Below, in pieces: positions 62,869 through 64,000 of a stretch of DNA of 64,000 bases. Each line of letters starts with the position of its first letter. Position 1 is the stretch's first letter. The DNA comes from Vitrella brassicaformis CCMP3155 (Eukaryota; Protista; Chromerida). The notes beneath the pieces are model-generated. The model was not told where the DNA came from. It did no database searches and saw nothing but the letters and a program-made list of their open reading frames with translations. Made by a program: the position numbers and the translations under genes. The DNA is taken from contig CDMY01000209.1 in NCBI GenBank assembly GCA_001179505.1, positions 1 through 64,000 of the forward strand. Reading direction: 5' to 3'.

Positions 62869-64000
62869 ATGGCATCCGTCGCCAACGGCCCCCACTCAGA
62901 CGCAGCGGCAGACGAAGCCGCTGTGGCCGTGAAGGGCGATGTGACCGACAAGGCCGTCACGAACGGCGTCAAGAGGGGGCGGGCTGGTGAGGAGGAGGCC
63001 GGGGAGGAAGAGGCAGCCCCTCAGGCTGGTGCCGTTGTCGGTGGGGTTGGCAAAAGGATATCTCCGCGGTTCATTCTCAACGACCCCTCCACTGAGGTCT
63101 TCTCTGTCCGCTTTTCGCCCGATGGTAAGCCCAAAATCAAGATGAATCTGTGGACGCATATCTCTTGTTGAATCTCCCGTCTCCCTGCCGACTTCCTGTG
63201 TTTTGCTCCTAGATTCGCTGGTGGCAGCGTCCCTGGGGAATGGCCATATCAAGGTGTACTCGACGGCCACTGGGGAGCTGACTTCCCTCCTCACCACCCC
63301 CACACCTGGCGAGACAGGGACAGCTCTTCCCGGCGGCCGTCTCGTGCGGCTTAACAGTGGCATTGCCGTCCCTGCTGGGCCCGGCACACCCATCACCAAC
63401 ATCCGCTGGAGGCCGGACACTTCTGCTGCTGCTGTCAGGAACGTAAGACAGAGAGAAAATCGATCAACACATACAACGGCCCAGAGACATACATTGATTG
63501 GTTGGCTGAGTGCCTCTAGGTGTTGGTTTCGGTCGATGTGGAGGGCCGCATCATCCACTGGCACGCCACCAAAGGCGCCGACAAGAAGCTGCATGAGTTG
63601 CGGGAGGAGGACAACCAGCTCTACTGCATCGACTTCAGCACCGACGGCCTGATGTTCGCCACGGGGGGCAGGCAGCGATACATCACTGTCTACGACGAGA
63701 CCACCAAAGACGTCAGTGTCATGCTCAGAGGTGACAGGCAGTGACATCCGTCGGTCGATGCGCATCTACTTGTCCCTCTGGGCAGGCACCGAGTCCAGCA
63801 TGCACCCGGGCCATTCCAACCGTGTGTTTTCCATCCGCTTTCACCCCACCGAGCCCATTGTCGTGAGCGGGGGATGGGACCACACTGTGCAGCTGTGGGA
63901 CATGCGGACCGGACACGCTGAACACTCACTCTACGGCCCCTTTGTGTGTGGAGACGCCGTCGACCTATCAGGTAGACACCAACCGGATGCATGTAACCAA
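62869..64000 (+). CDS. WD40-repeat protein (3' partial)
   Basis: EVFSVRFSPD, LYCIDFSTDG..FATGG, GHSNRVFSIRFHP...VVSGGWDHTVQLWDMR. Confidence 0.92.

Noticed and set aside
1-64000. Many ORFs rich in HTHT, CVCV, TDRQ or antisense to real exons
   Set aside because: Translations of intronic microsatellites or GC-rich shadow frames; no domain signal.

Overview
Eukaryotic, GC-rich, intron-dense DNA. Short spliceosomal introns full of CA/GT, GACA/TGTC and CATC repeats, plus the gene content, suggest a chromerid alveolate such as Vitrella brassicaformis (inference, no search run). About 25 genes were reconstructed by hand from exon fragments, so internal boundaries are approximate. They include RagA/Gtr1, an FAD monooxygenase, a NOPCHAP1-like protein, nicotinamidase, RCL1, a nucleoside hydrolase, a 2OG-Fe(II) oxygenase, a PKA regulatory subunit, an XRN exoribonuclease, a CEPT-like phosphotransferase, PHD, OST-HTH/LOTUS, FHA+SMAP, metallophosphoesterase and WD40 genes. 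Five gaps of exactly 300 N are present. The most notable signals are: (1) introns with mutually complementary microsatellites at their two ends; (2) an inverted duplication of a metallophosphoesterase/ankyrin-TRP channel unit with reciprocal lesions in the two channel copies; (3) three copies of a tRNA-related SINE-like repeat, two of which bracket a SET-domain fragment; (4) a 110-nt loopless fold-back over a stop codon; (5) very tight head-to-head gene pairs.
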